From Ardenticatenaceae bacterium (GTDB lineage Bacteria; Chloroflexota; Anaerolineae; Promineifilales; Promineifilaceae), in assembly GCA_020634565.1 (NCBI GenBank), contig JACKBN010000020.1, positions 885 to 64,884 of the forward strand: a stretch of DNA of 64,000 nt, in the 5' to 3' direction. Position numbers and translations under genes: made by a program. Under the pieces are notes generated by a model that saw nothing but the letters and a program-made list of their open reading frames with translations, ran no database searches and was not told the DNA's origin. Of this stretch, positions 10,298 through 19,878 are shown piece after piece; the stretch's first letter is position 1; every line of letters begins with the position of its first letter.

Positions 10298-13200
10298 CTA
10301 ATTACTCAACGAAATCGCACTGCCATCCAAAACTTTATAAATACTTGTCCCAGCGTTGCGATAAACTTCCTCTAAAACGCCCATTTCAACCATCTGGTCA
10401 AACTTGTTCAATCCGGCGGGTGTGTACAGCACCCACTCCAACTGGCCAACGTAGATGTAGCTCACGTCATACTTGGCCAGGATGTTTTGCGCTTCTGGCA
10501 CGTTGGTGCTGTTGTACAGCGTAGCCACATCCCGCAGCCGCTGGTCGATAAACTGGCCGGGCAAAATGGCCCGCTGCTGCCGCTGATGGCCACTCCAGCC
10601 AATGATGCCGGGCAGGCCCGTGTACATCGCTACGCGGTTGGTGATGGAGCGATAGTAGTTGTCGCTGTACCCCTCGGCCACCACGGGTGAGCCAGGGATG
10701 TTTTGCTGCATCCACTTCAATGCTTCGTAATCGAAGGAGAGCGGTACGTTACCCCCGCCAGCCGCTCCCTGGCTTTCAAAATAGTTGGCGTAAGGCATGA
10801 AGGCCATACCGTCTAGCGTCACGGGCGCTTCCTGGCTGAGGCGCACTTCCCACTTGGCCTTGGTGGCCAAAATTGGGTAGAGGGCCGCGGCAGCAACGAG
10901 GACACCCAGCACTGCCAGCCACGTTTTGCGTCTGATCTCTTTCTTTTGGATAGAAGGCCAGGCCCAAACGGCCGTTACGCCCCCCACCACGCTTAAAATC
11001 AGCCACACCTGCATGTAAAACTTGAAGACGGTGTTCATGCGCCCGACCGTGTTTTCCACCACAAAAAACTCGACAAACAGGGTGATGGCCAACGCCGAGG
11101 CGATCAAAATGAGCACGATGCGGCGGGCGGTGGGCAAATTGGGCTGCAAACCAAGCAGTCCGGCTATCACCGTGAGCGTTAGCACAACGGGAGCAATCCA
11201 ATAACCCATGCGGAACAAAATCAGCAGCAGGATGATGTACAGGCCCAGCGCCAGGAGCATTGGCGCTGCCGCCGGTTCCCATTGCCGCAAACCATCTTGC
11301 GTCCAGCTTTTGGTCCAGGCGCGAAACTCTCGGGCCAAATGGGTCAGAACGAAAAACAGGAACAGGCCGTAGATGACCAGATAATTTCCCAAATAGCTGG
11401 TTGACCCGTCCCAAGGGGCAAGTGAGTTGAAACCAGCGCCGAAGTTGCTGCTAAACGGCCAAAAGAGCAAGAAGGCCAGGCCGATGAGTACGGCCGTTTT
11501 CAGCCCAATCTGGCCCAAAAGTTGCAGGTTAAAGGTACGGCCGTTCTCCTCAATCACCGCATAAACCACCGCCAACACGCCAATCACGGCGTAGGTCGGC
11601 AAATCCCAAATGTTGGTCGCTTGCAGCACGCCAATGGCCAGCGCCCCCACAAACCAGATGAGCGCCGTTTCCCACCAGGCTGTACCTACAGCATCCGATT
11701 TGTTTTTGGCTTTTAGCGCCAGCGAAATGGCCCAGGCCAGCGCCAGCATTGTCAGCGGCAGGGCAATCATGTGGGCGTGCAAATCGCCGTAGAGGAAGGT
11801 GAAGAAAGGAAATTCAGTGATGGGGCCAGCTTCGCCTTCGTTAAAGTTAAGGGCACGGGAGGCGAGAAAGAACCAGTCGCCGGGATAAATCGGCGCGGGT
11901 GTGCCGCTCAGCACTTTGAAACCGCCGTCCAGGGTGCGAACAGCCGTTCCCACCAGCGGAATGTTCTCTTCCAGCGTCGGATTGCCCGCCTTGTACCACG
12001 CATCGGTTAGCACCCCCACCTCCGCCAGGTTGCCCAGGAGGATGGCCAGGGTGATGGCGATCAAGCCAGCGTAAATACTTGTTCTTTGACCTGGAGACAG
12101 GGTGATAAGGTGACGGGGTGACGGTTCATTCACCTTGTCACCTTGTCTCCGGGTCACCTTGTCACTAGAAGACACTAAATCATACGCTATGGAGAACACC
12201 GCCATGCCCGTAAAGCTGAACAGCATGGACAAATTCAGGTTGTAGGCAATGGTCGGGACGATGCCTAAAATTTTGGTTAGCACGCCAGCATAGACGAAGC
12301 CGTAGTAGTAGTAATTGATGTAGCCGCCCGCAAACCAGGGATCGTAAGGAGGGAAGCTGGTGGATTTGAGAACGGCCGTAAAATAAGTCAGGTCCATCGG
12401 TTTTTCGCCGCCCCAGATCACGTCCCAGACGTCCGGGTTGCGCACGCGGATGAGGATGGCAATCAGGTACAGCGCCACCGCAATGAGTTCCACCACGCCA
12501 ATAAACGCCAGATTCTCCCGCACCCAGGTGCGAATTTCGCCACCGCGCCGGATGAGCACCAGCCCGCTCAAAATCACGATGATCAGCAGGGCCAGCAGGT
12601 GCGTGCCGCGCGAATTTTGGAACAGCTGCATGCTGGCCGTCAGCCAGACAAAGTAAGAGATCAGCAAAATGGAGAGAATGCGCGAGATGATGTAGCCTCG
12701 GCTGGGCAGCCAGCGGAAGATGGCAAAGGTGAGCGGAAACGTAAGCAGGCCCAACGCAATAACCGCCAGCCACCAAACGGCCGCTGCCAGCCCCGAATTC
12801 TGCGATAGTGCGCCATCCGGGTTAAAGATGTTGCTAAAGGTGCCATTGGCCCGCTGGGTTGCCGCGGCGGTTTCCGACAGCATCAGCCCATTCACCGCTT
12901 CTGTCGCCTGGCCGGGATTCATAAACACCGCCTGGCTCAAATCCACTTCGCCCAAAATAGTGGCCGTGTTTTCCCGACTGTACGCCTCGGTTTTGGCAAA
13001 AATCCAGACCGGCGGATGGTCGTAGACGCTAAACGCTTCTTCAGCAGCCAGATCGCCCGGCGGCGGCCAGCCAATCTCTGGCATTTCACCCCAGCCTACT
13101 TGCCCGGTGGTGTCGCTGATGTACAGCGGCCCGATTTGCAGCGGCGCGTGAAATTCAGCCACCAAGTCAAAACCCAGCTCGCCGTTGAACAGCGCTTCGT

Positions 13201-13741
13201 AGTAGCGGGTGGTCATAGGGTAGGTGAGCGGCAGGCGGGGCAGCGACCAGATGGCGCGCTGGCTGCTCAACACCACGTAATCGGCTTCGTCGAGCCAGGC
13301 TACCATCTCTTCCCGCTTTTCCGGGCCGTCGGGATTGGTGATGGGGCGCTGTCCGCCAGTGATTTCGGTGAAATGTGAACCGTAGGCAGAACGGCCGTCT
13401 ACGTCAAACGGTAAAATGCCGTCCCAATGCTCATTCATGAGCAAGCTGGTTTGGGCGCGCACGGTTGTGTTCCCGGCAGTGAGTTCCAGCATGAGTTGTT
13501 GCGGCGTGTTGGCGGGAACGGCCGTATCTGCCAAATCTAGCAGGTAGCTTGCTTCCTCTTCCGTCACCACCAGATCAGTGGTTTCGCTGGAGCCGTTGAT
13601 CAGACCCGCCCGTATGCTAATCTCCTGGCTTTGCCCGGTGCGCAGCCCTGCTGGATCGCTGGGGATGAACAGTTTATTGAGGCGAACGGCCGTTAGCGTA
13701 CCGTCTTCAGGCAATGCCGTCAGCAAAAGAGGGGTTGCCAC
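10298..13741 (-). CDS. DUF2298 / TIGR03662 'Chlor_Arch_YYY' membrane protein (copy 2) with an N-terminal ~330-aa soluble domain
   Basis: 1147 aa. The signature reads [19 protein letters not shown]. The GTG start is taken from the ORF track and no ATG lies nearby. The gene is in the same frame as the upstream frameshifted gene but separated from it by TGA and TAG. Confidence 0.7.
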   Translation of the reverse strand: MATPLLLTALPEDGTLTAVRLNKLFIPSDPAGLRTGQSQEISIRAGLINGSSETTDLVVTEEEASYLLDLADTAVPANTPQQLMLELTAGNTTVRAQTSLLMNEHWDGILPFDVDGRSAYGSHFTEITGGQRPITNPDGPEKREEMVAWLDEADYVVLSSQRAIWSLPRLPLTYPMTTRYYEALFNGELGFDLVAEFHAPLQIGPLYISDTTGQVGWGEMPEIGWPPPGDLAAEEAFSVYDHPPVWIFAKTEAYSRENTATILGEVDLSQAVFMNPGQATEAVNGLMLSETAAATQRANGTFSNIFNPDGALSQNSGLAAAVWWLAVIALGLLTFPLTFAIFRWLPSRGYIISRILSILLISYFVWLTASMQLFQNSRGTHLLALLIIVILSGLVLIRRGGEIRTWVRENLAFIGVVELIAVALYLIAILIRVRNPDVWDVIWGGEKPMDLTYFTAVLKSTSFPPYDPWFAGGYINYYYYGFVYAGVLTKILGIVPTIAYNLNLSMLFSFTGMAVFSIAYDLVSSSDKVTRRQGDKVNEPSPRHLITLSPGQRTSIYAGLIAITLAILLGNLAEVGVLTDAWYKAGNPTLEENIPLVGTAVRTLDGGFKVLSGTPAPIYPGDWFFLASRALNFNEGEAGPITEFPFFTFLYGDLHAHMIALPLTMLALAWAISLALKAKNKSDAVGTAWWETALIWFVGALAIGVLQATNIWDLPTYAVIGVLAVVYAVIEENGRTFNLQLLGQIGLKTAVLIGLAFLLFWPFSSNFGAGFNSLAPWDGSTSYLGNYLVIYGLFLFFVLTHLAREFRAWTKSWTQDGLRQWEPAAAPMLLALGLYIILLLILFRMGYWIAPVVLTLTVIAGLLGLQPNLPTARRIVLILIASALAITLFVEFFVVENTVGRMNTVFKFYMQVWLILSVVGGVTAVWAWPSIQKKEIRRKTWLAVLGVLVAAAALYPILATKAKWEVRLSQEAPVTLDGMAFMPYANYFESQGAAGGGNVPLSFDYEALKWMQQNIPGSPVVAEGYSDNYYRSITNRVAMYTGLPGIIGWSGHQRQQRAILPGQFIDQRLRDVATLYNSTNVPEAQNILAKYDVSYIYVGQLEWVLYTPAGLNKFDQMVEMGVLEEVYRNAGTSIYKVLDGSAISLSN
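12093..12165. repeat. Family C octamer (CAAGGTGA/TCACCTTG) inverted block inside the YYY-2 coding sequence
   Basis: 12093-12113 pairs with 12130-12150 at 19 of 21 positions, and an extra TCACCTTGTCAC unit follows. It is translated as [26 protein letters not shown]. Confidence 0.85.
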
Positions 13742-13762
13742 CTACTTGAAAATCGTACCCTT

Positions 13763-15366
13763 TCAGGGCAGCGTCAGCTCTTTGGTTTCGCCGTTGGCTT
13801 CATAAATGAGGGTTGCGCCCGTGGGAATATTCTCAAACATCCACTTGGAGGCAGCAATGCGGGTAACCGGCTCCCGGTAAATCTGCACGAAGGCATTGGC
13901 CCACAAAAAGCTGGGAATCACAACCAGGGCAATCAGGCCAGCGGCCAGGGCTTGTTTCAGTGCGCGCCGCTGCTCGCTCTGCCGCGCGCGCTGCCAGATG
14001 GCCCACAGCGCCCAGCCACCCAGCAAAAAGAGGGTGGGTAAATCGGCAAAAAGTAGCGGATTGATTTGACCCAGCGGGTAGCCATGAACAAAAAGTAGAG
14101 CAGGCTCCAGCTAACGGGGATGGCGTGGGCCAGCCAATCGGGCCAGGCGCGCACGATGCGCCACAGCGCCCAAAACAGTCCCGCCCAGGCAGTCAATCCA
14201 GCGGCGATGCCCATGCCATACAGCACCATGTTGGTAAACGGGAAAACAATGGCATCGCGATCGGTCCATTGCAGCGCGGGTGGAAGGAAGCTTCCGGCTT
14301 TGCTGCTGCTGGATTTCATCCATGTTGCTGCGCCACTGCGGGTTGAAGCCCATGAGGGAACGCAGCCAGACCGAGAGTGTGCCCGGTTCCTCACCCGTTT
14401 GGGTGATGATTTCATTGCGGGCAATGGTGGCATCGGCGAAGGCGTATGGCTGGGCCAGGCGGAACACCACCAGCGAGACGGTGGCGGCGACCAATACGCC
14501 CAAAAAGACGCGCTGAAAATTGAGCGCGCCAATGCTGGTATGGCGGATGCTTTGCCAGGTGTGCCCCGGCGTACCAGCCAGGCCACGGCCGAAATGTTGA
14601 TGATCACCGCCAGCGGCGCGACGTTGATGCGGGAAGCCACCGCCAAGCCTAAACTGAGGCCAAACAAAAGCCACCAGTGGATTTGCCACTTCGCTTTGTC
14701 ATCGCCAAATCCTGCGGCGCGTACGGCTGTATACACGCCCAACGCCGTAAAAAAGGCAGCCCAATTGTCCATTGTGAAAAAGTGGGATTGTTGAATGGCC
14801 ATAACGGCCGTTCCCTGAAAAAATGCCGCCAGTAAGCCCGCCTGCCAACTATACAGTCGGCGGCCAATCAGATAGGTGAGCAAAACAGTGAACAAATCAA
14901 CGAGGGCTGAGAGGAAACGGCCGCTTTGCTGCAGGCCATAAAAGCTGTTGTAGGTTTGGGCGCACAGGTCCGGGAAGTTGTTGCAGGCGGAAGCGGCCCA
15001 TTCGGCAAAGTAGCGCGTAAACGTCATGGGGAAGTTGCCGTAGACGTAGAATCCCTTGTCCACATTGTACGGATTCAGCGGCGACTCGGAGGTGCGCATG
15101 TATTCAAAGAAGCTGTCGGCTGGCTGCAAACGGCTGGCGACGTCCATCAGGAAAAATTCGTCGGGGTGTAAGAAGTTGCCTTCGCCCCACGTTAGTCCGG
15201 TGAAGCGAAAATAAGCCGCCATGGCCAGGATGAGTAGCAAAATGAGGACGCTGAGTGATTCCCAGGAAAGGCGTTGTTTGGTTTCTGCTGGAGATTCTAT
15301 TGTTTCAGGAACGGCCGTTTCGGTTTCCAGTTCCTGCTTCTCTTCTGCCACAGTGGTCATAAGCAA
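13763..15366 (-). pseudogene. GT39-like (phospholipid-carrier-dependent glycosyltransferase-like) membrane protein gene interrupted by three frameshifts
   Basis: Plausible protein sequence switches between ORFs. ORF 13957..15366 reads well from 15366 to ~14575 (FLHPDEFFL, YGNFPM motifs). ORF 14111..14689 takes over from ~14575 to ~14290 (HTWQSIRHTSIGALNF...NMDEIQQQQ). The first frame resumes from ~14290 to ~14035 (ALQWTDRDAIVFPFTNMVLYGMG...RYFLPIYP). ORF 13763..14026 covers the rest (LLGGWALWAIWQR...). Each switch lies at a short homopolymer run. Confidence 0.6.
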
Positions 15367-15590
15367 TCATTTTGACTTTGGTGGATTGGTTTTCGCAAGC
15401 TTCTTACTGTTATACACACTCACCCTTTCATTTTTCTTACAAATTGATGAGTACCTGCCCAAAATAAAGTGTATGCCAGCACAAGGGCTGAATTTTAGCG
15501 GAAAGTGGCATCTTTTCCAACGCGCGCCCACGCTTGAGAAGGGTTTTCGGCAGCAAGAAGCTGAAAATCGCTACCTGCTCTGGTACCCGT

Positions 15591-15899
15591 CTAGCGATTC
15601 AGCACCAGCAGTAAAATGACGGCAAACAATGCCCAGAATCCTAGCTGCGCCACAGAAAAAAAGAGCATCCAGATGAGGCGCTTCATGCCGCTAAAAATGG
15701 GCGTTTGGCGAAAGACTAAAAAGATGCCGATTCCCGCGACCAACAGCTGTAAGAGAACCAGCAGGAATACGGCCGTTTCCGTCGTTGCAATGGACGCTTT
15801 TTCAAGGGCCACCGCTGCGGTGATAATGAGCAAACCGGAAAAGATAACGGTTAAGGCCCAGGTAACGGCCGTATAAATCGCGACCTTTTTTGTTGACAT
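15591..15899 (-). CDS. Small hypothetical membrane protein (three hydrophobic helices)
   Basis: I prefer the internal start MSTKKVAIYTAVTW (ATG 15899). The 168-aa ORF-track start overlaps the upstream gene by ~175 nt. Confidence 0.45.
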   Translation of the reverse strand: MSTKKVAIYTAVTWALTVIFSGLLIITAAVALEKASIATTETAVFLLVLLQLLVAGIGIFLVFRQTPIFSGMKRLIWMLFFSVAQLGFWALFAVILLLVLNR

Positions 15900-15922
15900 A
15901 AATAATCTTTTACTTTTCCTTT

Positions 15923-16744
15923 TTATTGAGGAGGTGGCCAAATTTGGCGTAAGTAGGGTTCGATGCCGCGCTCTGGCTGCCAGTTTTGCGGATAGCCCAG
16001 CGACACTTCCTCGAAGCGCACGCCGTCCCGAAGGTGTGTGCCGCGAATGTGCAGATGGCCGTAAACAACGGCCGTTATCGGAAAACGCCTGTGCCAATCT
16101 TCCGTCAGTTTACTGCCGCACCAGAGGGAAAAGCGGGGAATGAGCCGCAAATTCACCAGGTCATAGCGCAGGGGGTAATGGTTGATGAGGATGATGCTGC
16201 CGTGAACGGCCGTTTCCGTGAGCCTGTCCTCTGTATAGCGGCAGCGCGCCTGGCACCACGCCTGTCGTGACGGGTAAGGGTCAGGGTGCAGGATGATTTC
16301 ATCCGTGGCCACCACACCAGCCGCTTCGGCCCAGGCCAGCGCCTCCTCGTCGGGGATTTCGTCCGGGCGAAAGCTGTAATCATAAAGCGTAAAGGTAGGG
16401 GCAATAAAAAGGGGCGATTCGCTATCGGGCCAGGGCACAAATGGATCTTCTGGCGTGTGCACCCCAAATTCCCGGCAAATTTGCACCAGCTGAAAATATT
16501 TGCCGAGGCCGCGCTTGCTTTCTTGATCAGAAGGGATGGTCCAGAGATCGTGGTTGCCGGGCGTCCAGAAAATCCTGCCGAAGCGATGACTCAGCAAATC
16601 CATTGCGCGCCGAAAATCACGAATCTTTTCGGCCACATCACCAGCAACAATGAGCCAATCGTCTGGATAGGCAGCCATCCGGCTGAGCGCCGCCCAATTT
16701 TCTGCGTGATTCAGGTGCAGGTCGCTAATGGCGAGTAAACGCAT
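15923..16744 (-). CDS. Metallophosphoesterase (calcineurin-like)
   Basis: 273 aa. Motifs are MRLLAISDLHLNH, LIVAGDV, TPGNHDLW and VYGHLH. Confidence 0.8.
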   Translation of the reverse strand: MRLLAISDLHLNHAENWAALSRMAAYPDDWLIVAGDVAEKIRDFRRAMDLLSHRFGRIFWTPGNHDLWTIPSDQESKRGLGKYFQLVQICREFGVHTPEDPFVPWPDSESPLFIAPTFTLYDYSFRPDEIPDEEALAWAEAAGVVATDEIILHPDPYPSRQAWCQARCRYTEDRLTETAVHGSIILINHYPLRYDLVNLRLIPRFSLWCGSKLTEDWHRRFPITAVVYGHLHIRGTHLRDGVRFEEVSLGYPQNWQPERGIEPYLRQIWPPPQ

Positions 16745-16754
16745 GACCTGGGGT

Positions 16755-16830
16755 CAGTAATGGGTAAGCCAGTAATCAGTGAGCCGATTTAACGCATACG
16801 GAACACGGTTACCGATTCACTGGTTACTGG
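16755..16830. repeat. Family B (GTAATCAGTGA-type) hairpin element in the phosphoesterase/crp spacer
   Basis: CCAGTAATCAGTGA (16769-16782) pairs with TCACTGGTTACTGG (16817-16830) at 13 of 14 positions. Confidence 0.75.
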
Positions 16831-17544
16831 TTAGATAGAGCCGCCGGAGATTTGAATGAGGTTTTGCAGCTCGTCTTCATCGAGGATGGTGAATTTACGG
16901 CCGCTTACTCTTACCCAGCCCGCGCGCCGGAAGCGCCCCAGCGCTTTGTTAATGCTGACGCGCGTTGCGCCAGTCATTTCTGCCAGATCCGTTTGCGTCA
17001 GGGAAAGCTCAATGCGAATGCCGTCGTCTGTTTTTTGGCCATGCTGAGAAGCCAGTTGCAGCAGCTGGCGGGCCAATCGGGCGGGCAAATCGAGGAAGAA
17101 GATGTCGCTGATTTGGTTGTTGAGCCGTCTGATATGTTGGGCCAGCGTGTGCAGCACATGCAGGGCAAAATCAGGATTGTCGCCTATGTAGCGAATAAAT
17201 TCTTCGCGATGCAGGGTCAATGTTTCTGTTTCTTCCAGCGCCTCTGCGGTGGCGGAGCGGGGAGAGTCATCTAAAAGAGCCAGTTCGCCAAAGAAATCAC
17301 CGGCGCCAAAGATGGCTAGCATTGCTTCTTGCCCATCCAATGTGGTGTGGGTAATTTTCACTTTGCCGTTAACGATTATGTAAAGCAGCCCGCCAGGATC
17401 GCCATGATGAAAGATAACCTGATCAGGTCCAAAGCGACGCAAAACCAATCGTTTGGAGAGGTTTTTGGCTTCATCATCTTGCAGATTATTGAAAAACGGA
17501 ACAAGTTGTAACGCTTGTTTGGCGGCGAATTTCTGGTTTCTCAT
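16831..17544 (-). CDS. Crp/Fnr family transcriptional regulator
   Basis: 237 aa. A cNMP-binding beta-barrel (FGELALLDDSPRSATAEA) precedes a C-terminal HTH (LTQTDLAEMTGATRVSINKAL). Confidence 0.85.
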   Translation of the reverse strand: MRNQKFAAKQALQLVPFFNNLQDDEAKNLSKRLVLRRFGPDQVIFHHGDPGGLLYIIVNGKVKITHTTLDGQEAMLAIFGAGDFFGELALLDDSPRSATAEALEETETLTLHREEFIRYIGDNPDFALHVLHTLAQHIRRLNNQISDIFFLDLPARLARQLLQLASQHGQKTDDGIRIELSLTQTDLAEMTGATRVSINKALGRFRRAGWVRVSGRKFTILDEDELQNLIQISGGSI

Positions 17545-17617
17545 AACATCTCTTCCTGTGGGTGCGTAAACTCTTCTTGTGTTGCCCTAGCCAAATTTAG
17601 GGATGCTGCTGGCGAAG

Positions 17618-18523
17618 TTATTCATTGCCATTGGCTAATTGTATCTCATCATAAACATGTTCCAAACTATATTTTAGCTGCTTTTTAAGCCACTCCTGCG
17701 GCAGAGGTGGGTCGGGGTAGAGGGTTAAAAAGTCTCGTAGATAGCTGTGAATTTCCTCGCGGGGGCGTTGTTCTGCGATGTGGACTTGCAGGCGCTCACG
17801 CATGGTTTGGATGTAGTTGGATACGGCCGTTAGCGCATCCAGGCTGCACGGTTTGCCTCGTCCTGGCACAATATGTTGGATCGGATCGGGCCAATTTTCA
17901 AGTTGCTTGAGCGTTTCCAGCCATGCGGCCGTATCTGCTTCGACCAGTAGCGGGGGGCAGTCAGTCACCACGCAGTCGCCGGTAAACATGACGCCACTTT
18001 GCGGTAAGTAAACACCAATGCTGCCCGCCGTGGGGCCAGGCGCAGCAAACATCTGAATTTCGACCCCACCTTTCCAGATTTGCATGAATTTGGTAAAGCT
18101 CATGCTGGCATGTTCTACCGGGCTTTGGCTTAGCTCGCGGCCAAATTCAGGGTTGCGGCTGCTAAGGCTTTCCAGCAGCTGCTGTGGATATCGTTTGTCA
18201 TAGCTGCGCAATCTATCAGCTGTGGTTTCGTGGGCCACAACGGGTGCATTGAGCCAGCGCGCATTCATAATGCGATCGCCGTGATAATCTGTAAGAATCG
18301 TGTATTGCACGGAGCGGGGAGACAGAGCGTGCAGCCGCATGGCCCAGTCGCGGGCCTGACGCGGATAGGAAGGTGCGTCTATGGCAATGATGCCGCGCCG
18401 GGTACGGATTGCCCCAACATTCACTCCTTCGTACTCTGTTTCTATGAAGATGTTTTCCGCTATTTCTTGCATAAGCTTCCTGTAAGTGGGTAATTGGCGA
18501 TTGATTCTAACGAATCTGGCCAA
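17618..18523 (-). CDS. MBL-fold metallo-hydrolase family protein
   Basis: 301 aa. ILTDYHGDRIMNA is a degenerate HxHxDH region, and FTGDCV also fits. The start may be internal, since the ORF overlaps the alaX-like gene by 17 nt. Confidence 0.55.
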   Translation of the reverse strand: MARFVRINRQLPTYRKLMQEIAENIFIETEYEGVNVGAIRTRRGIIAIDAPSYPRQARDWAMRLHALSPRSVQYTILTDYHGDRIMNARWLNAPVVAHETTADRLRSYDKRYPQQLLESLSSRNPEFGRELSQSPVEHASMSFTKFMQIWKGGVEIQMFAAPGPTAGSIGVYLPQSGVMFTGDCVVTDCPPLLVEADTAAWLETLKQLENWPDPIQHIVPGRGKPCSLDALTAVSNYIQTMRERLQVHIAEQRPREEIHSYLRDFLTLYPDPPLPQEWLKKQLKYSLEHVYDEIQLANGNE

Positions 18524-19733
18524 CGAGCAGCCGTTCTGCTTTTTCGATCGCTTGCTCTACGCGTTCTTTGTCAGTCGCCGGGCCACCGCCTTGGGCCATG
18601 ATGGGGGAACCACCTCCGGCGGCTGAGCCCAAGATTTGCAGGGCGGGTTTGAGGAGCTGGTTCATTTCGCCAGGGGCATCTTTGGCGCGGCAAAAGAGCA
18701 GCTGTGATTTCTCTCCGGCCAGGCCCAGTAGGGCAACAACCTGGCTGTTTTGGGTGAGATGGCTGCCTAAAATGCGCAGTTGGCCGGGATCACACTCATT
18801 GTCAGAAAAAACTCGGGTGATAACGGCCGTTTGTCCCACCATTTTGCTATTTTTGAGCATCTCAGCCGCTTCAAAAAAGAGCAGCTGCTCCTGCTGCTTT
18901 TTGAGCTGGCGGCGATTTTCCTTGTTTTCTTCTTTGGCCCGCAGCACGCTGGGCACCACATCTTCAATGCCGGTGGTCAGCTCATTGGTTAACTGATTAA
19001 CGATACCATTTTTAAGGCGATAATCCTGCAAAGCCCGTTTGCCGCAGGCAAACTCAACGCGCAGCTGGTTGTTTTGTCGCTCTAGCTTAACCACCTTGAT
19101 CATGCCCACTTCCCCTGTGTGGCTCACATGGGTGCCGCCACAGGCGGTCAGGTCAAACTTTTCGATCTCGATGAGCCGCAATTTGCCCTGACGCACGGGT
19201 GGCAGTTTACGCAGCGACAGCTTTTTTGCCTCTTCTAGCGAAACGCTGCGAATATGAATGGGCCGGTTTTGCCAGATGATCTGGTTGGCCAAATATTCAG
19301 CTTCTTCCACCTGGGTGGGGCTAAGCTGGGCCGTGTGCAAATCAATGGTGAGGCTGTTGTCGCTTAAATGAAAGCCCACCGTTTCTGCCTGGGCCACCTG
19401 GATAAAGGATTGAGACAGGATGTGCTGCCCGGTATGCTGCTGCATGTGGTCGAAGCGTCGCGTCCAGTTGATGTGGGCGCTAATTTTATCGTCCCACAAC
19501 TCTCTGGTGTCTAGCCAATGGAGAATGGCTTCATCTTTCTCGCGAATAGAAACGTTGGTTACAGGAATGTTGTTGATGGTGCCAATGTCGAAGGGCTGCC
19601 CGCCTGAGGTGGGGTAAAAGTAGGTTTGGTCGAGAACAACGGCCGTTTGCCCCTCATCTCTTACCCGTTCTACGATGGTGGCTTCAAAGCGGATGTTATA
19701 CGCGTTTTGGTAGTAGAGCCTTTTGCTTATCAT
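18507..19733 (-). CDS. alaX: Alanyl-tRNA editing protein, AlaX-L type (tRNA_SAD plus DHHA1-like C-terminus)
   Basis: 408 aa. Motifs are QTYFYPTSGGQPFDIG, the HTGQHILS metal motif and CGGTHV. Confidence 0.75.
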   Translation of the reverse strand: MISKRLYYQNAYNIRFEATIVERVRDEGQTAVVLDQTYFYPTSGGQPFDIGTINNIPVTNVSIREKDEAILHWLDTRELWDDKISAHINWTRRFDHMQQHTGQHILSQSFIQVAQAETVGFHLSDNSLTIDLHTAQLSPTQVEEAEYLANQIIWQNRPIHIRSVSLEEAKKLSLRKLPPVRQGKLRLIEIEKFDLTACGGTHVSHTGEVGMIKVVKLERQNNQLRVEFACGKRALQDYRLKNGIVNQLTNELTTGIEDVVPSVLRAKEENKENRRQLKKQQEQLLFFEAAEMLKNSKMVGQTAVITRVFSDNECDPGQLRILGSHLTQNSQVVALLGLAGEKSQLLFCRAKDAPGEMNQLLKPALQILGSAAGGGSPIMAQGGGPATDKERVEQAIEKAERLLVGQIR

Positions 19734-19878
19734 GCTACGGTTTCCACTGTGTGGGATTGGTGCGTTTAGAATGAAGACAATAATACCAGAATAATGCGCA
19801 GGTGCATCTATACGGTACTTAAGGGCAAACGAAGTACGCTATGGAGAGGTGGAATTTGCCAGTGGGATCAGGAGGGAA

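Noticed and set aside
13742-13765. Possible stop-codon readthrough or selenocysteine joining the frameshifted GT39-like gene to YYY-2. They share the same frame, ...ELTLP-TGA-KGTIFK-TAG-V....
   Set aside because: Two different stop codons, including TAG, lie within 21 nt. There is no redox motif or SECIS-like hairpin. An ordinary gene boundary is the simpler reading.
14111-14689. 192-aa ORF considered as an independent gene overlapping ORF 13957..15366.
   Set aside because: Only its central part reads like protein. That part fits seamlessly between segments of the other frame, so it is a piece of one frameshifted gene.
18265-18285. Canonical cyanobacterial HIP1 (GCGATCGC) considered as the iterated element. 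Copies lie near 18272, 23383, 38622 and 45749.
   Set aside because: There are only about four copies in 64 kb, versus ~134 for ACGGCCGT. It is not the dominant palindrome here.
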